Part shown: piece by piece, positions 9,436 to 18,689 of the stretch
Position numbering within the stretch: the first letter of the stretch is position 1
How the letters are laid out: every line of letters starts with the position of its first letter
Source: Pelagomonas calceolata
Taxonomy: Eukaryota
DNA: 20,000 nt
Assembly: GCA_918797485.1 (NCBI GenBank)
Contig: CAKKNE010000002.1
Coordinates: 6,120,474-6,140,473 of the forward strand
Direction: 5' to 3'
Made by a program: the position numbers and the translations under genes
Notes under the pieces: model-generated
Seen by the model: only the letters and a program-made list of their open reading frames with translations
Databases searched by the model: none
What the model was told of the DNA's origin: nothing

Positions 9436-11291
9436 ATGCCGCCCACCGCGCGCACCCCGCTCGCCCGCCCGCAGCGACCACAGCGATGCTGCCCGCGAAA
9501 ATTCACGCGCTGCGTAGTAATAACCGCGGTGTTTGCCGCCATCTCCCTGCTCTTGGCCTGGGAAGTCAAATCGGGCGGCGCCTGGGCGCGGCCGTCGACG
9601 TGGCGCGACTACACGTCGTCGCACCACAACGCGCGGCTGCGTAGCCTCGAGACGTGGCGCGCGAACGCGACGGCCGAGATCGCCGCGCTGAAGCGGCGCG
9701 ACGCCGAGCTCTCGGACCGGATAAAAGCGCTCGAGGGCGGCGGCGGCGGCGGCGCGTCGTCCTCGAAGAGCCTCGAGGAGCGCCTCGCCAAGGACGAAGC
9801 CCAAGAGCAGGCGGACGTCAAGACGCTGCGCAAGGAGACGGACGCGGCCCAGGCCAAAAGCCAGGCCTACACCGACCACCGCGTCGAGGAGTCCGACGCG
9901 AAGACGAAGGAACGCGTCGATGGCGTCGAGGCGGCGCTCGGTCCGCACGGCTGCGTCGCTTATTGTTCCGAGGCGCCTTCACCCGTTCCTCGAGTATCGG
10001 ACCCCCAACCACGAAACCACACAGGCGCGTACCAGGAGGAGGCCGGCATCGCAATGGATAGGGAACGCGACCTCGTCTACCACTGGATCGCCGGCACGTT
10101 CGCTTTATTATGCTGCGTGATCGCGCTGGGGGGCATCGTCGCGCACGCGCGCGCGCTCGCGCGGCCCGAGGTCCAGCGCAAGATCCTCGCCTTATTGTGG
10201 ATGCCGCCGATCTATGCGTTGTGTTGCTGGTGTTCGCTGCTCTTCCCGCCGTACGCGCCGTTGTTGGCGGTAGGCCGCGACGCGTACGAGGCGTACGCGA
10301 TCTGGGTGTTTGTTCGAGGCCGGCGTCCCATTTTTTTGTATCGGCGATCCTTGCGTCGATGGCGTCAATGGCCCCGCCGCGCCGCCGCCGCCGGCTCAAC
10401 GCGCGCAAAACGCAGGTCGCCTTCCTGATCGCGGTGCTCGGCACGACGTCCAACAGCGACGGCGACACGTCGGCCGCGACGAAGTACGCCGTCGTCGTCG
10501 CCAAACTAGAAACGGACGACGCGGCGGGCGAGCACGCGCTGCCGCGCGCCTTCTGCCCGCCCTGCGGCCGCAAGCCGCCTGCCAAGGTGTTCGTGCGGCA
10601 GTGCATGCTCGCGGTGATGCAGTTCGTTTTGTTGAAGCCGCTGCTGGGCGTGGCGGACTACGCGCTTGGTGTGGCGGCGGACGACGCCATTGAACGGCAC
10701 GACTCCATCAAGTGGGCCGAGCGCGCGAGGTTAGGGATCTTGGTGCTGCAGAACGTCTCCGTCTCGATCGCACTGGGCGCGTTACTCAAGGTGTACCACG
10801 CGACGGCGTACCGACTACGCGAGCACAACCCCTGGCCCAAGTTCGTCTGCGTCAAGGGCGTGGTGTTTCTGACCTTCTGGCAGGGGACCGTGATCTGGGC
10901 GCTGACGGGCTCGGGCGACACGAAAAAAATGTTCGCCACGAAGGACGTCGCAGACGCGGTGCAGAACTTCCTGGTCTGCGTCGAGATGTTCGTGGCCGCC
11001 GTCGTGCACTCGTACACGTTCGGCCCCGAGGAGTGGCAGCCGGGCTACGCCGCGGGGCCCGGTCTGGCCGTGAGCGACAACTTCGCGGCCGGCGACTTTT
11101 TCAGCGACGTGAAGTACGCCTTCCAGCGGCAGCGCGCGCGGTCCGCGTCGGATCCGGCCGCGCCGCCGGCGCTCTCGCCCGGGCGTGACGGCGACGGCGA
11201 CCCGCCCGCCGTCGCGGCAGGCGATGACGGCGACGACGACGCGGCGGCGTGGACGCGCGGCGGCGACGGCGACGACGACGCGGTGCCTTGA
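9436..11291 (+). CDS. Organic solute transporter OSTalpha/TMEM184-family protein with N-terminal TM + coiled-coil extension; introns 10312-10415 and probably 9941-10024
   Basis: Motifs QRKILALLWMPPIYA, RDAYEAYAIWVF, QFVLLKP, NVSVSIAL, PWPKFVCVKGVVFLTFWQG, QNFLVCVEMF and HSYTF. A GT-AG intron at 10312-10415 joins ORFs 9436 and 10110 in frame. Confidence 0.9.
9941..10024 (+). other. Probable in-frame (84 nt) GT-AG intron
   Basis: CTC G|GTCCGCAC...CCACACAG|GC GCG. It is lower in GC and interrupts a helical region with Pro/Cys-rich filler, but it contains no stop, so it is not required by the frame. Confidence 0.6.
10312..10415 (+). other. Spliceosomal intron (GT-AG, 104 nt)
   Basis: GTG TTT|GTTCGA...ACGCAG|GTC GCC TTC restores WVF-VAFL and the reading frame. 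Confidence 0.8.
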
Positions 11292-11488
11292 TGCTGTTTC
11301 CTTGTTTATTTTGAACTAACTACTGCTCTCTGTCTTCTCGCATTGATCAGCGCAGAGGCGTCTTAGAGAGGCGTCCCAACCGTTGGACCCAACGCGTGCT
11401 TATCTCTCCGCGAGGGTAAGGACAGTGGACGTCAGTGGGCCGAATAGTCCTAGATAGCTAGTTACGACGGGAGAAGAAGAAGCGACGG

Positions 11489-12658
11489 CTAGCCGCGGCG
11501 CGCCGCGGCGCGCTCGGCGCGCGACGGCTTCGCGCCGACGAGCTCCCCGAGCTTCTTGAAGCGCGCCCGCGAGAAATTGTCCTTGTCCGTCCAGCCCGGC
11601 TTGTTCGTGTACGTCAGGTAGAGCGTCGGCCGCGGCTCGTCGGACTTGTTGCCCATGCCGCGGTGGCCGAGGCGGTAGTCGAAGAGGATCGCCGTGCCCA
11701 TGCGCGGCGCCGGGTTCACGCAGCGCTCCTTGACCCAGGCGTCCCGTCCTAATACGTGCGTGCCCTTGCAGAACTCCGTCGGCCCGTTCGAGGCCGAGCC
11801 CGGCGGGATCAGGTCCACCAGAGGCACGAAGACGTTCACCGCGTGCGGCGGCGCGTGGTTCCTCAAGTTCAAGTGGACGCCGTCCGTATGATAATTCTGG
11901 GCCTCGGCGCCGGGCATGGACAGGAAGACGCCCGCCGCGATGAGCTCCGGTTTGTCGGTGCCCAGGATCTTGCGCAGCACGGGCTTCCAGTCCGCGGCGC
12001 CGTCGACGAAATCGGCAAAGGGCCCCTCGAACTTCGCCTCGTCGCGCTGCGGGAGGCACGGCGGGTTCAGGTCGAAGCGGCCGCGGCCTCGCTCCCGACA
12101 CACGTCGAAGCCCGCCTGGAGCTCGTGGTGCAGGCCCCGCGCCTGCACCGTGCGCAGTACGGCCTCGTAGAACTCGAAGGCCGCGTCGCGTGCGGCCTCG
12201 ACCGTCTCCTCGCGGACGTAGGGCGCGTCCATGACCGCGAGGCCGTCCCGCTCAAAGGCCGCGGCGTGCGCCGCGACGGGGTCGTCGCCGGCGCCCTCCG
12301 CGGCGGCGGCGATGAGGCGGTCCCGCTCGCGGTCCGCGGCGACGCGCCGCTCCGCCGCGCGCCGGCTCCGAAACTTGGCCCCGTCGGGCGCGTACCATTG
12401 GTGGTACGCCTGGCCCGCCGACCGGTCGTTCTTGCCCCGGCGCAGGGTCATGACGGTCCAGCCGTCGGGGCACCAGACGCGGCCGTCGTCGACCGTCGGC
12501 GCGCCGCCGACGTGCGCCTTTGTGCTCAGCGAGTCGAGGAGCCGCGCCTTGGCGTCCCCGACGTCCTCGAAGCGGTGCTCCTTGCGGCGGCCGATGTAGC
12601 CGGCGCCCCCGCGCTTTGCCGGCGCGGCGTTCTCGTCCTCGCTGCGGCGCTTCGACAT
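11489..12658 (-). CDS. PhyH-family 2-oxoglutarate/Fe(II) dioxygenase with N-terminal MBD-like domain
   Basis: Dioxygenase motifs FERDG, QNYHTDG (HxD), VNVFVPLVDL, NGPTEFCKGTH and FDYRLGHRGMGN...RPTLY. The N-terminal PDGW...RRGK..SAG....YAPDGAKFRS resembles the methyl-CpG-binding domain pattern. Confidence 0.85.
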   Translation of the reverse strand: MSKRRSEDENAAPAKRGGAGYIGRRKEHRFEDVGDAKARLLDSLSTKAHVGGAPTVDDGRVWCPDGWTVMTLRRGKNDRSAGQAYHQWYAPDGAKFRSRRAAERRVAADRERDRLIAAAAEGAGDDPVAAHAAAFERDGLAVMDAPYVREETVEAARDAAFEFYEAVLRTVQARGLHHELQAGFDVCRERGRGRFDLNPPCLPQRDEAKFEGPFADFVDGAADWKPVLRKILGTDKPELIAAGVFLSMPGAEAQNYHTDGVHLNLRNHAPPHAVNVFVPLVDLIPPGSASNGPTEFCKGTHVLGRDAWVKERCVNPAPRMGTAILFDYRLGHRGMGNKSDEPRPTLYLTYTNKPGWTDKDNFSRARFKKLGELVGAKPSRAERAAARRG

Positions 12659-12991
12659 TGTTTCTGGCAGCTCAAATTAGGCGCGCCAAAAATGGATGCG
12701 GTTGCAGCGCCTAAGAGAGCGTTACCGCTCGCAGCAGCAAACCACAGCCCACAGGTCGTGCTGCACGAACTCTCTACTATCGCTGCAGCGCGTAGTGCGC
12801 GTTTGCGTGCCGCGCCAAGCTGTTGCTTTGAAACCTAGCTCAGAGACATACTAGGCAAGTTCGGAGAGTTATTCCGAGGTAACTCCACTCAGATGAATCG
12901 TACTAATATGAAAAACGCGGCCCGAGAGGAAGGAGGAGGGCCGACGAATCGACGCGCGGTGGCTAGTCAGTCAAACAGGAATTCATTTTAG

Positions 12992-14092
12992 TCAAGACAG
13001 CAGCCACTTCCGCAGCGCGTAGTAGAGCGCCGCGTGGCGCACGGCGTAGAGCCCGAGCGCCGCCGCGGCGCCGCCGGACGCCGCGTCCGCGAGCGTCGCC
13101 ACGTAGTCCGCCGCGTCGACGCCGAGGAGCACCAGGAGCGCCGGCGCGAGGACGGCCAGCGCCGCGCCCTCGCCGGCGAGCGGCACGGCGAAGGCGCGCG
13201 ACCACTCCTCGCCCCGCTGGCGCGCGTAGCCCGCCTTCCGGAGGCGGCCGTCGAGGTCTCGCAGGTGCGCGACGCCGTAGAGGACGTGCGCATCGCCTTC
13301 CGTCGCCGTGACGGCCTGGACGCATTTTTGATTCCTTTTTCCGATGAGGACGTCGTCCGCCGAGCGGGCGGGCGCCTCGGCGAGGAGCGCTCGAGCGAGG
13401 CCTAATCGGGAGAGCGCCCCCGTGTCAAGCCGGAGCGCGCCGGCGGCTACTGCCCGAGCGGCCGCCTCCGTGTTGACGCTCTTGCCGCCGCCTTGCCAGT
13501 CGAGCGCCGCGACCGCGAGCTCCGGCGCGGGCGCCAGCGCGCACAGGACCCGCGCCGCAGCGGCGCCGAAGGTCACTTCCACGCGCTCTTTCTTGGGCAC
13601 GTCGCGCGTGAGGTAGCGGAGCTCGGACGGCCTCTGCTCCGCGCCGCCGATCTCGGCGCGCGAGAGGTCCGCGACGCGCCAGTCGTTCGCTTTCGCCGTG
13701 CCGCCGAGCGCGTCGAGCTGCGGGACTAAGGAACAGCTCGCCGCGGCGCTCCGCGCGTCGTCCGTCGCCGCGATCGACGTCGTGAGGGCGCCCTTCTCGT
13801 CGATGAGCGACGCGTCCACGATCGACTCGAAGAGCACGCGGCCCTCGATATTTTGAACGTCGCGCCAGTAGGCCTCCTCGGCGACGTGGACGACGCCGCG
13901 CACCGTTAGTTTCGCGCCCGCCGGCGTCGTGTAGGCCCTGGACGCCGTCTCGACGACGAGCCGGTCGTTCTCTCGCGTCGCGCGGATCCACGACGGCGCG
14001 GCCACCGCGGCCGGCGACAACCGGGCGGTGCTGGGACCGATGGCCACGCCGGCGGCTTGCGTTATGTAGAGGAGCGCGAGACGCGGCCGCAT
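12992..14092 (-). CDS. TraB/PrgY/GumN-like protein with N-terminal targeting peptide and C-terminal hydrophobic segments
   Basis: ATG 14092 (MRPRLALLYITQAAG). Motifs GVVHVAEEAYW, VLFE, ADL, LIGKRN and LYGVAHL resemble TraB-like metal-binding motifs. Family assignment is from memory. Confidence 0.6.
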   Translation of the reverse strand: MRPRLALLYITQAAGVAIGPSTARLSPAAVAAPSWIRATRENDRLVVETASRAYTTPAGAKLTVRGVVHVAEEAYWRDVQNIEGRVLFESIVDASLIDEKGALTTSIAATDDARSAAASCSLVPQLDALGGTAKANDWRVADLSRAEIGGAEQRPSELRYLTRDVPKKERVEVTFGAAAARVLCALAPAPELAVAALDWQGGGKSVNTEAAARAVAAGALRLDTGALSRLGLARALLAEAPARSADDVLIGKRNQKCVQAVTATEGDAHVLYGVAHLRDLDGRLRKAGYARQRGEEWSRAFAVPLAGEGAALAVLAPALLVLLGVDAADYVATLADAASGGAAAALGLYAVRHAALYYALRKWLLS

Positions 14093-14396
14093 TTTATAAA
14101 TCCAGAAGAAACCAGGAGAGGCTGCCTGCTGACTTTTTACGGCGAGTGCTCTCGCCAGCGCTTGCCTCGGCTGTGCTGAGGAGTGTTTGTGACCGATACT
14201 TCTTCCGTTAGCCACGCGTCAGGGCGCTCCTGGTGCGCGAAGCAGCACAAAACGATTCATGCTAATGTCTTACAGGACGCTAGCGCGCTACGCACAACAA
14301 AACCGACACGGGCTGCCCGATGCACCAATGACACCATCGATGATGCCCAAAGGGCAAAACCGATGATATCTCCAGCCATGCGGCGAAAGGGGTAAG

Positions 14397-15257
14397 ATGC
14401 ACCACCTTTGGTGGTGGGCCCTGCTGCTCCTCTGCGGGGCAGCATCCCTGGACGACCGACAGCAGTTCGGCAAATTCCTCCAGCAGCTGAAGCGCAAGCC
14501 CACACATGGCGAAGGAGGCATCCCGCGCCTCCTCTTCACGTCGCACCGGACGCCGCGCGCCGAGCTGCCCCCGAAGCTCCGGGAGAACGTGGACGCCTGG
14601 CGGCGCCTGAACCCGAGTTTCGCCTTCCGTTACTTCGACGACGCCGCCCAGTCGAAGTTCATGCGCGAGACCTGTGCAGTGCCGCGCTGCCTCGAGGCTT
14701 ACGACGTCCTCGTCTCCGGCGCGGGCAAGGCGGATCTCTTCCGCATCGCGTATCTATACTACGTGGGCGGGTGGTGGGTCGACGCGGATCTCAAGCCGGG
14801 GCCCATCGCGGAGAACTGCGACCTCGCGTACCCGGAGAAGCTCCTGCTCGTGGCGGAGCGCCACGGCATGCCGCGCTTCATGATCTTGGCAGGGAACGGC
14901 CACCCGCTGCTAGCCAAGACGCTCGCGACGCAGATTGCAAATGTCTTCCGCAACCACAGGCGCAGCCCGGAGAACCGCCGCAACACGTTGTTCGTCACGG
15001 GGCCGTCGACGCTTGCGAAGAGCATCTGCGACGAGCTCGGCGCGGACTTAGGGAGTCCGCACTGCGGCCGGGGCCGCTTCGTGGGCTTCGCCGGCGCGAC
15101 GAAGCTAGCCCCGTTCGCCGCGCGCGCCTTCGCCGGCGGCTTCCGCATGGACACGTGCTCCGAGTTCTGGTTCAGCCCCTTCCCCGATTTCGACCACAAG
15201 CGCGAGCTGCGGAGCATGAACCTGACGCACTACAGCCTCCTGCGCACGGCGAGGTAG
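14397..15257 (+). CDS. GT32 (OCH1-like, DxD sugar-binding) glycosyltransferase, secretory pathway
   Basis: Signal peptide or anchor, then IPRLLFTSH, WRRLNPSFAFRYFDD, KADLFRIAYLYYVGGWWVDAD and TGP. Confidence 0.88.
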   Translation: MHHLWWWALLLLCGAASLDDRQQFGKFLQQLKRKPTHGEGGIPRLLFTSHRTPRAELPPKLRENVDAWRRLNPSFAFRYFDDAAQSKFMRETCAVPRCLEAYDVLVSGAGKADLFRIAYLYYVGGWWVDADLKPGPIAENCDLAYPEKLLLVAERHGMPRFMILAGNGHPLLAKTLATQIANVFRNHRRSPENRRNTLFVTGPSTLAKSICDELGADLGSPHCGRGRFVGFAGATKLAPFAARAFAGGFRMDTCSEFWFSPFPDFDHKRELRSMNLTHYSLLRTAR

Positions 15258-15298
15258 TTCGATTTGTAATTATTACGTTGTACGACAGACAAGAGAAA

Positions 15299-16675
15299 CT
15301 AGGCAACATCACCACAGAGCGGCGCCTCGAGCGGGGCGTCGTCCGGCGCGGGATCGTGGCGCACGTGGTCGGCGGCGGCGCGGCGCGCGAGCAACGCAAA
15401 AGCCGCGTAGCCCGCCGCGCACGCGAGCAGCACGCTGCGGAAGCCGAGCAACAGGCCGACGCGGTCGACGACGCGGCCGCCGACGAGGGGCACGATCGCC
15501 TTCATCAGGTTCTGCGCCGCGAACTGGATCCCGGACGCGATCGTCGCCGCGTCGCGCGGGCTCGCCGCCAGCACCACGCCGTTGATCGCCGGCGTCGGCA
15601 GCGCGCCGAAGAACAAAAAGCCCCAGCAGAGCGCGATGAAGGGCCAGGGCCGGCCCGGCCCCGCGAGCGGCAGCAGCGCGACGCAGCCGACGGCGCCGAG
15701 CGCCGCCGCGCTCACGAAGCTAAGCGTCGGCCCGAGGCGGTCGTAGCCGCCGATCCGCTTTTCCACGACGTAGGCGCCCACCAGGTTGCCGGGGATGGGC
15801 GCCGCGACGAAGACGGCCGACACCGCCGTCGTCTGCAGCGAGGTCGGCCACGAGGGCGCCTCGCGCGCGGCGACCTGCTTGATGAAGTAGAGCACGAAGC
15901 CCACCGTGCCGCAGACGAACGCGCCCGCGCCGACGGTGCGCGCGACGACGGGCGTCGCCAGCGTCGCGCGGAGCTTGGTGAGGCCGGACCGCTGCGGCGC
16001 CGCGGCGCCGAGCAGGCGCTGCGCCTCGCCGGTGCGGGCCACGTCCATGATCTCGGCCGGGAAGCACGCCGCGGAGACGGCCGCGAGCGCCATGAGCCCG
16101 GCCTCGACGAGGTAGAGCCGCGTCCAGGGTGCGCTCACGGCGCTGCCGATGGCGAAGCCGCAGAGAATGCCGCCGAGCAAACAGACGTTCAGCAGCGCGA
16201 GCCAGAGCGGCTTGCGTTTCGACGGCGCCCTCGCGTCGACCCAGGCGGGGAAGTGCACCGCGGCGCAGCCCCAGCCGAGGCCGCCGAGCGCCCGCGCCGC
16301 GACGAGCGCGCGGTAGCTCGGCCGCAGCGCCGCGGCGGCCGCAGCGACGGCCGGCAGCGCGCACGCGCCCACGAGGACCTTCCGCGCGCGCACGCGCTCG
16401 AAGAGCGCCATGGCGATGATGCCCGCGGGCACGATGCCGTAGTCGGGCGCCGCCGCGACGACGCCCTCCTGCGCGTAGTCGAGGCGCAGGCTCGCGGCGA
16501 TGCGCGGCATCGCGCTCGAGACGACGCCGGCCTCGAAGGCGCGGGCCACCGTCGCGGCGCAGGCGAACGCGAAGAAGACGTGCGTGATGACGCTCCGTTT
16601 GATGACGACGACGGGCTCCTCCCCTGGCCCTGGGGGTGGTGCTGCTGCTGCTGCAGCGTCGGCAGTAGGGCTCAT
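15299..16675 (-). CDS. Major facilitator superfamily transporter (Spinster-like)
   Basis: Many hydrophobic segments arranged in two halves around a central loop; ARALGGLG, PAWVDARAP and GGRVVDRVG motifs. Likely ATG at 16675 (MSPTADA). Confidence 0.8.
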   Translation of the reverse strand: MSPTADAAAAAAPPPGPGEEPVVVIKRSVITHVFFAFACAATVARAFEAGVVSSAMPRIAASLRLDYAQEGVVAAAPDYGIVPAGIIAMALFERVRARKVLVGACALPAVAAAAAALRPSYRALVAARALGGLGWGCAAVHFPAWVDARAPSKRKPLWLALLNVCLLGGILCGFAIGSAVSAPWTRLYLVEAGLMALAAVSAACFPAEIMDVARTGEAQRLLGAAAPQRSGLTKLRATLATPVVARTVGAGAFVCGTVGFVLYFIKQVAAREAPSWPTSLQTTAVSAVFVAAPIPGNLVGAYVVEKRIGGYDRLGPTLSFVSAAALGAVGCVALLPLAGPGRPWPFIALCWGFLFFGALPTPAINGVVLAASPRDAATIASGIQFAAQNLMKAIVPLVGGRVVDRVGLLLGFRSVLLACAAGYAAFALLARRAAADHVRHDPAPDDAPLEAPLCGDVA

Positions 16676-16901
16676 TCTTTTTGTTGGCGTTGGCTTTGCT
16701 GCGGGTATATTACTACGAAACAGCTGTACTATGCTTGCGAGGCGCCCTGCGTAAGTGTTTTTTTCGCGGCGCCGCAGCCCTAATCGAGCTAGTTGTAACC
16801 CACTAGATTTACATCCCGCATCCGCTGGTACGCCTGGTGGAGCTGTCGCTGGGGCAGCGGGCCGCTGCCTAAACACCGCACGCATTCATCTCTGCACAAA
16901 A

Positions 16902-18609
16902 ATGGGCAGCCGTGCGGCCCTCGCCACACTTGTGGCATTGGTCCTAGCAACAACCAAAGCGGACGAGGCGTCAAGCGCCGCCGCGCGCGCCGCGTTAGCA
17001 CGCAGAAAAGGTCTCGAATTGTACGCGCCGCAGCATCAGATCGAAATGGTCCCGGGAACCGCTCCTGTACCCGGGACGAACGAGACGGCGCGGCTTCTCG
17101 AGGCGAAAGCGTGGTTCGAGAAAGCGGTGGAAGCGGACCCGAGCGACGCCACGAACCACGCATACCTGGGCAACGCCTGCGTGCGCTTGGACGACTTGGA
17201 AGGCGCCGAGCGCGCGTACGCGCGCGCGCTCGAGCGCGACCCCACGAACGCGCGCGTCCTCTCGAACTGGGGCAGCGCGTACGCCAAAATAGGCAACTAC
17301 GGCCGTGCGGTGGAGCTCTTTGATCAAGCTGTCAAGCTGACGCCGGAGGATGGCACCCTTGCAAAGAACCGGGACTCGGCCGACATGTTTCTGCGGGTGG
17401 AGCAGATGGCCGCCGTCGTGCGAGGTCACGGTGACGTGGAGGACCCCTGGGATTTCGCGGGCTTTCTCGCGGGTATCGCTTGTGTGGAAATCAAGTTTCA
17501 AATTCCCCCGTGCCAACCTGCGAAACATAGGCACCAACTACAGCGAGCGAGGCGAGGTCGCGTTCAAGATGGTCGTCGAGACGTACCCGGACCTGCACGA
17601 GAGCGCGCTCGCCCACTTGCGCGCCGCGACCGCCGCGCGCCCGCTCGGTGCCGCTCACGCCCATGTGCTGGCCAACACGCTGGTCGCCGCGCACATGGCC
17701 CGGCACCCGGAGCGGATCCGCCGCGGCGCCGCGGCGCCCCTGCTCGACGAAGCAACGGCGGTGCTCAACGCGACGTTGAACAATGCGCGCGGCCTGAGCG
17801 TCGAGGCCCGGCGGCTGCGGCCCGGCGGCGGCGCGCTTCGCGTCGTCTGCGTGGCGTCGAGCGAGCGAGCCGAGCTGACGCGGCTCCGCGCCTCCGTGAA
17901 ACGACTTGGCGCCGAGCTGACCGTACTGGGTCTCGGCCAGCCCTGGCGGGGTCTGGGCAGCAAGGTCGCGCTGCTCGCGGCGCACCTCGATGCGAGCGGT
18001 GTCGCCGCCGACGACTTGATTCTCTTCCTCGACGCCTACGACGTGCTGCTGCTGCCCGCCGCCGCGCAGTTGCGCAAGCGATTTACAGCGCTCGAGCGGG
18101 AAAAGCAGGGCGCCGTCGTCTTTAACTCCGAGGTGAACTGCGCGCCGGACCCGTCTATGCGTCTCCTGTACGGCCGCCCGGCCGACGGCGCGCCGTTCCG
18201 CTTCCTGAATTCGGGTATTTATCTCGGCCGCGCGCGAGACGTACGCTCCATGCTGGCGGTGGTCGCTGCTGATGTCGAAGCGCACCACGCGTCGTTAGGC
18301 GCCGACCCGTACCGCTTCGACGACCAGCGGTGGTTCAATCGCTTCGCCATCGCATTTCCAGAACGCGTCCACCTGGATGCTCGTGCGAGCTTCTTCCACA
18401 CGCTGCAAGACATGGACGCGTCCGACTTTGATATCGTCGACGGCGACCTTGTTTCGAGAATCTCCGAAGCAGCGCCGATGGCGGTCCACGGCAACGGCAA
18501 CGGCATTACCGCTTTCCACGACCTCTCGCGGCGCCTGGCCGCGGACCTCGGCTGGCCCGACTCCTCCGACGCGGTCTTCGCGGCGACGACGTCACCGCTC
18601 ATCAGCTGA
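16902..18609 (+). CDS. Secreted TPR-repeat protein fused to a PLOD/LH3-type glycosyltransferase domain; intron 17473-17530
   Basis: Signal peptide and about 3 TPRs (FEKAVEADP, AYLGNAC..YARALERDP, NWGSAY..FDQAVKLTP). The GT domain has VLGLGQPW, LFLDAYDV, VVFNSEVNCAPD, FLNSGIYLG, DDQRWF and VHGNG. Confidence 0.87.
17473..17530 (+). other. Spliceosomal intron (GT-AG, 58 nt)
   Basis: GCG G|GTATCG...ACATAG|GC ACC joins ORFs 16755 and 17350 in frame. Confidence 0.8.
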
Positions 18610-18688
18610 TGGCGGCTAGGCTGGTGATTTCTGTTTATTAATATTTTATAGTGAAATACGGACATTTTGGCGGGGTTTGGGGCGCAGC
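18571..18688 (+). repeat. Right arm of the inverted duplication with 8293-8409
   Basis: See 8293-8409. This arm ends where the subtelomeric satellite begins. Confidence 0.92.
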
Positions 18689-18689
18689 C

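Noticed and set aside
11340..11460. Short direct repeat (GAGGCGTC x2) and a hairpin between convergent genes
   Set aside because: No tRNA or snRNA features could be built; it is compatible with chance structure in 3' UTRs.
12840..12960. Intergenic hairpin (GAGTTA...TAACTC) and two CTGA boxes on the minus strand, possible snoRNA
   Set aside because: There is no convincing C box or rRNA-complementary guide; an Infernal/Rfam search would be needed.
14408..16783. 791-aa plus-strand ORF
   Set aside because: It is an alternative frame of GT32 followed by the antisense of the MFS gene, with a low-complexity Arg/Ala product.
8293..18688. Autonomous giant transposon or endogenous virus
   Set aside because: There is no transposase, integrase, polymerase or capsid gene and no TSD, and the enclosed genes have host-like codon usage and introns.
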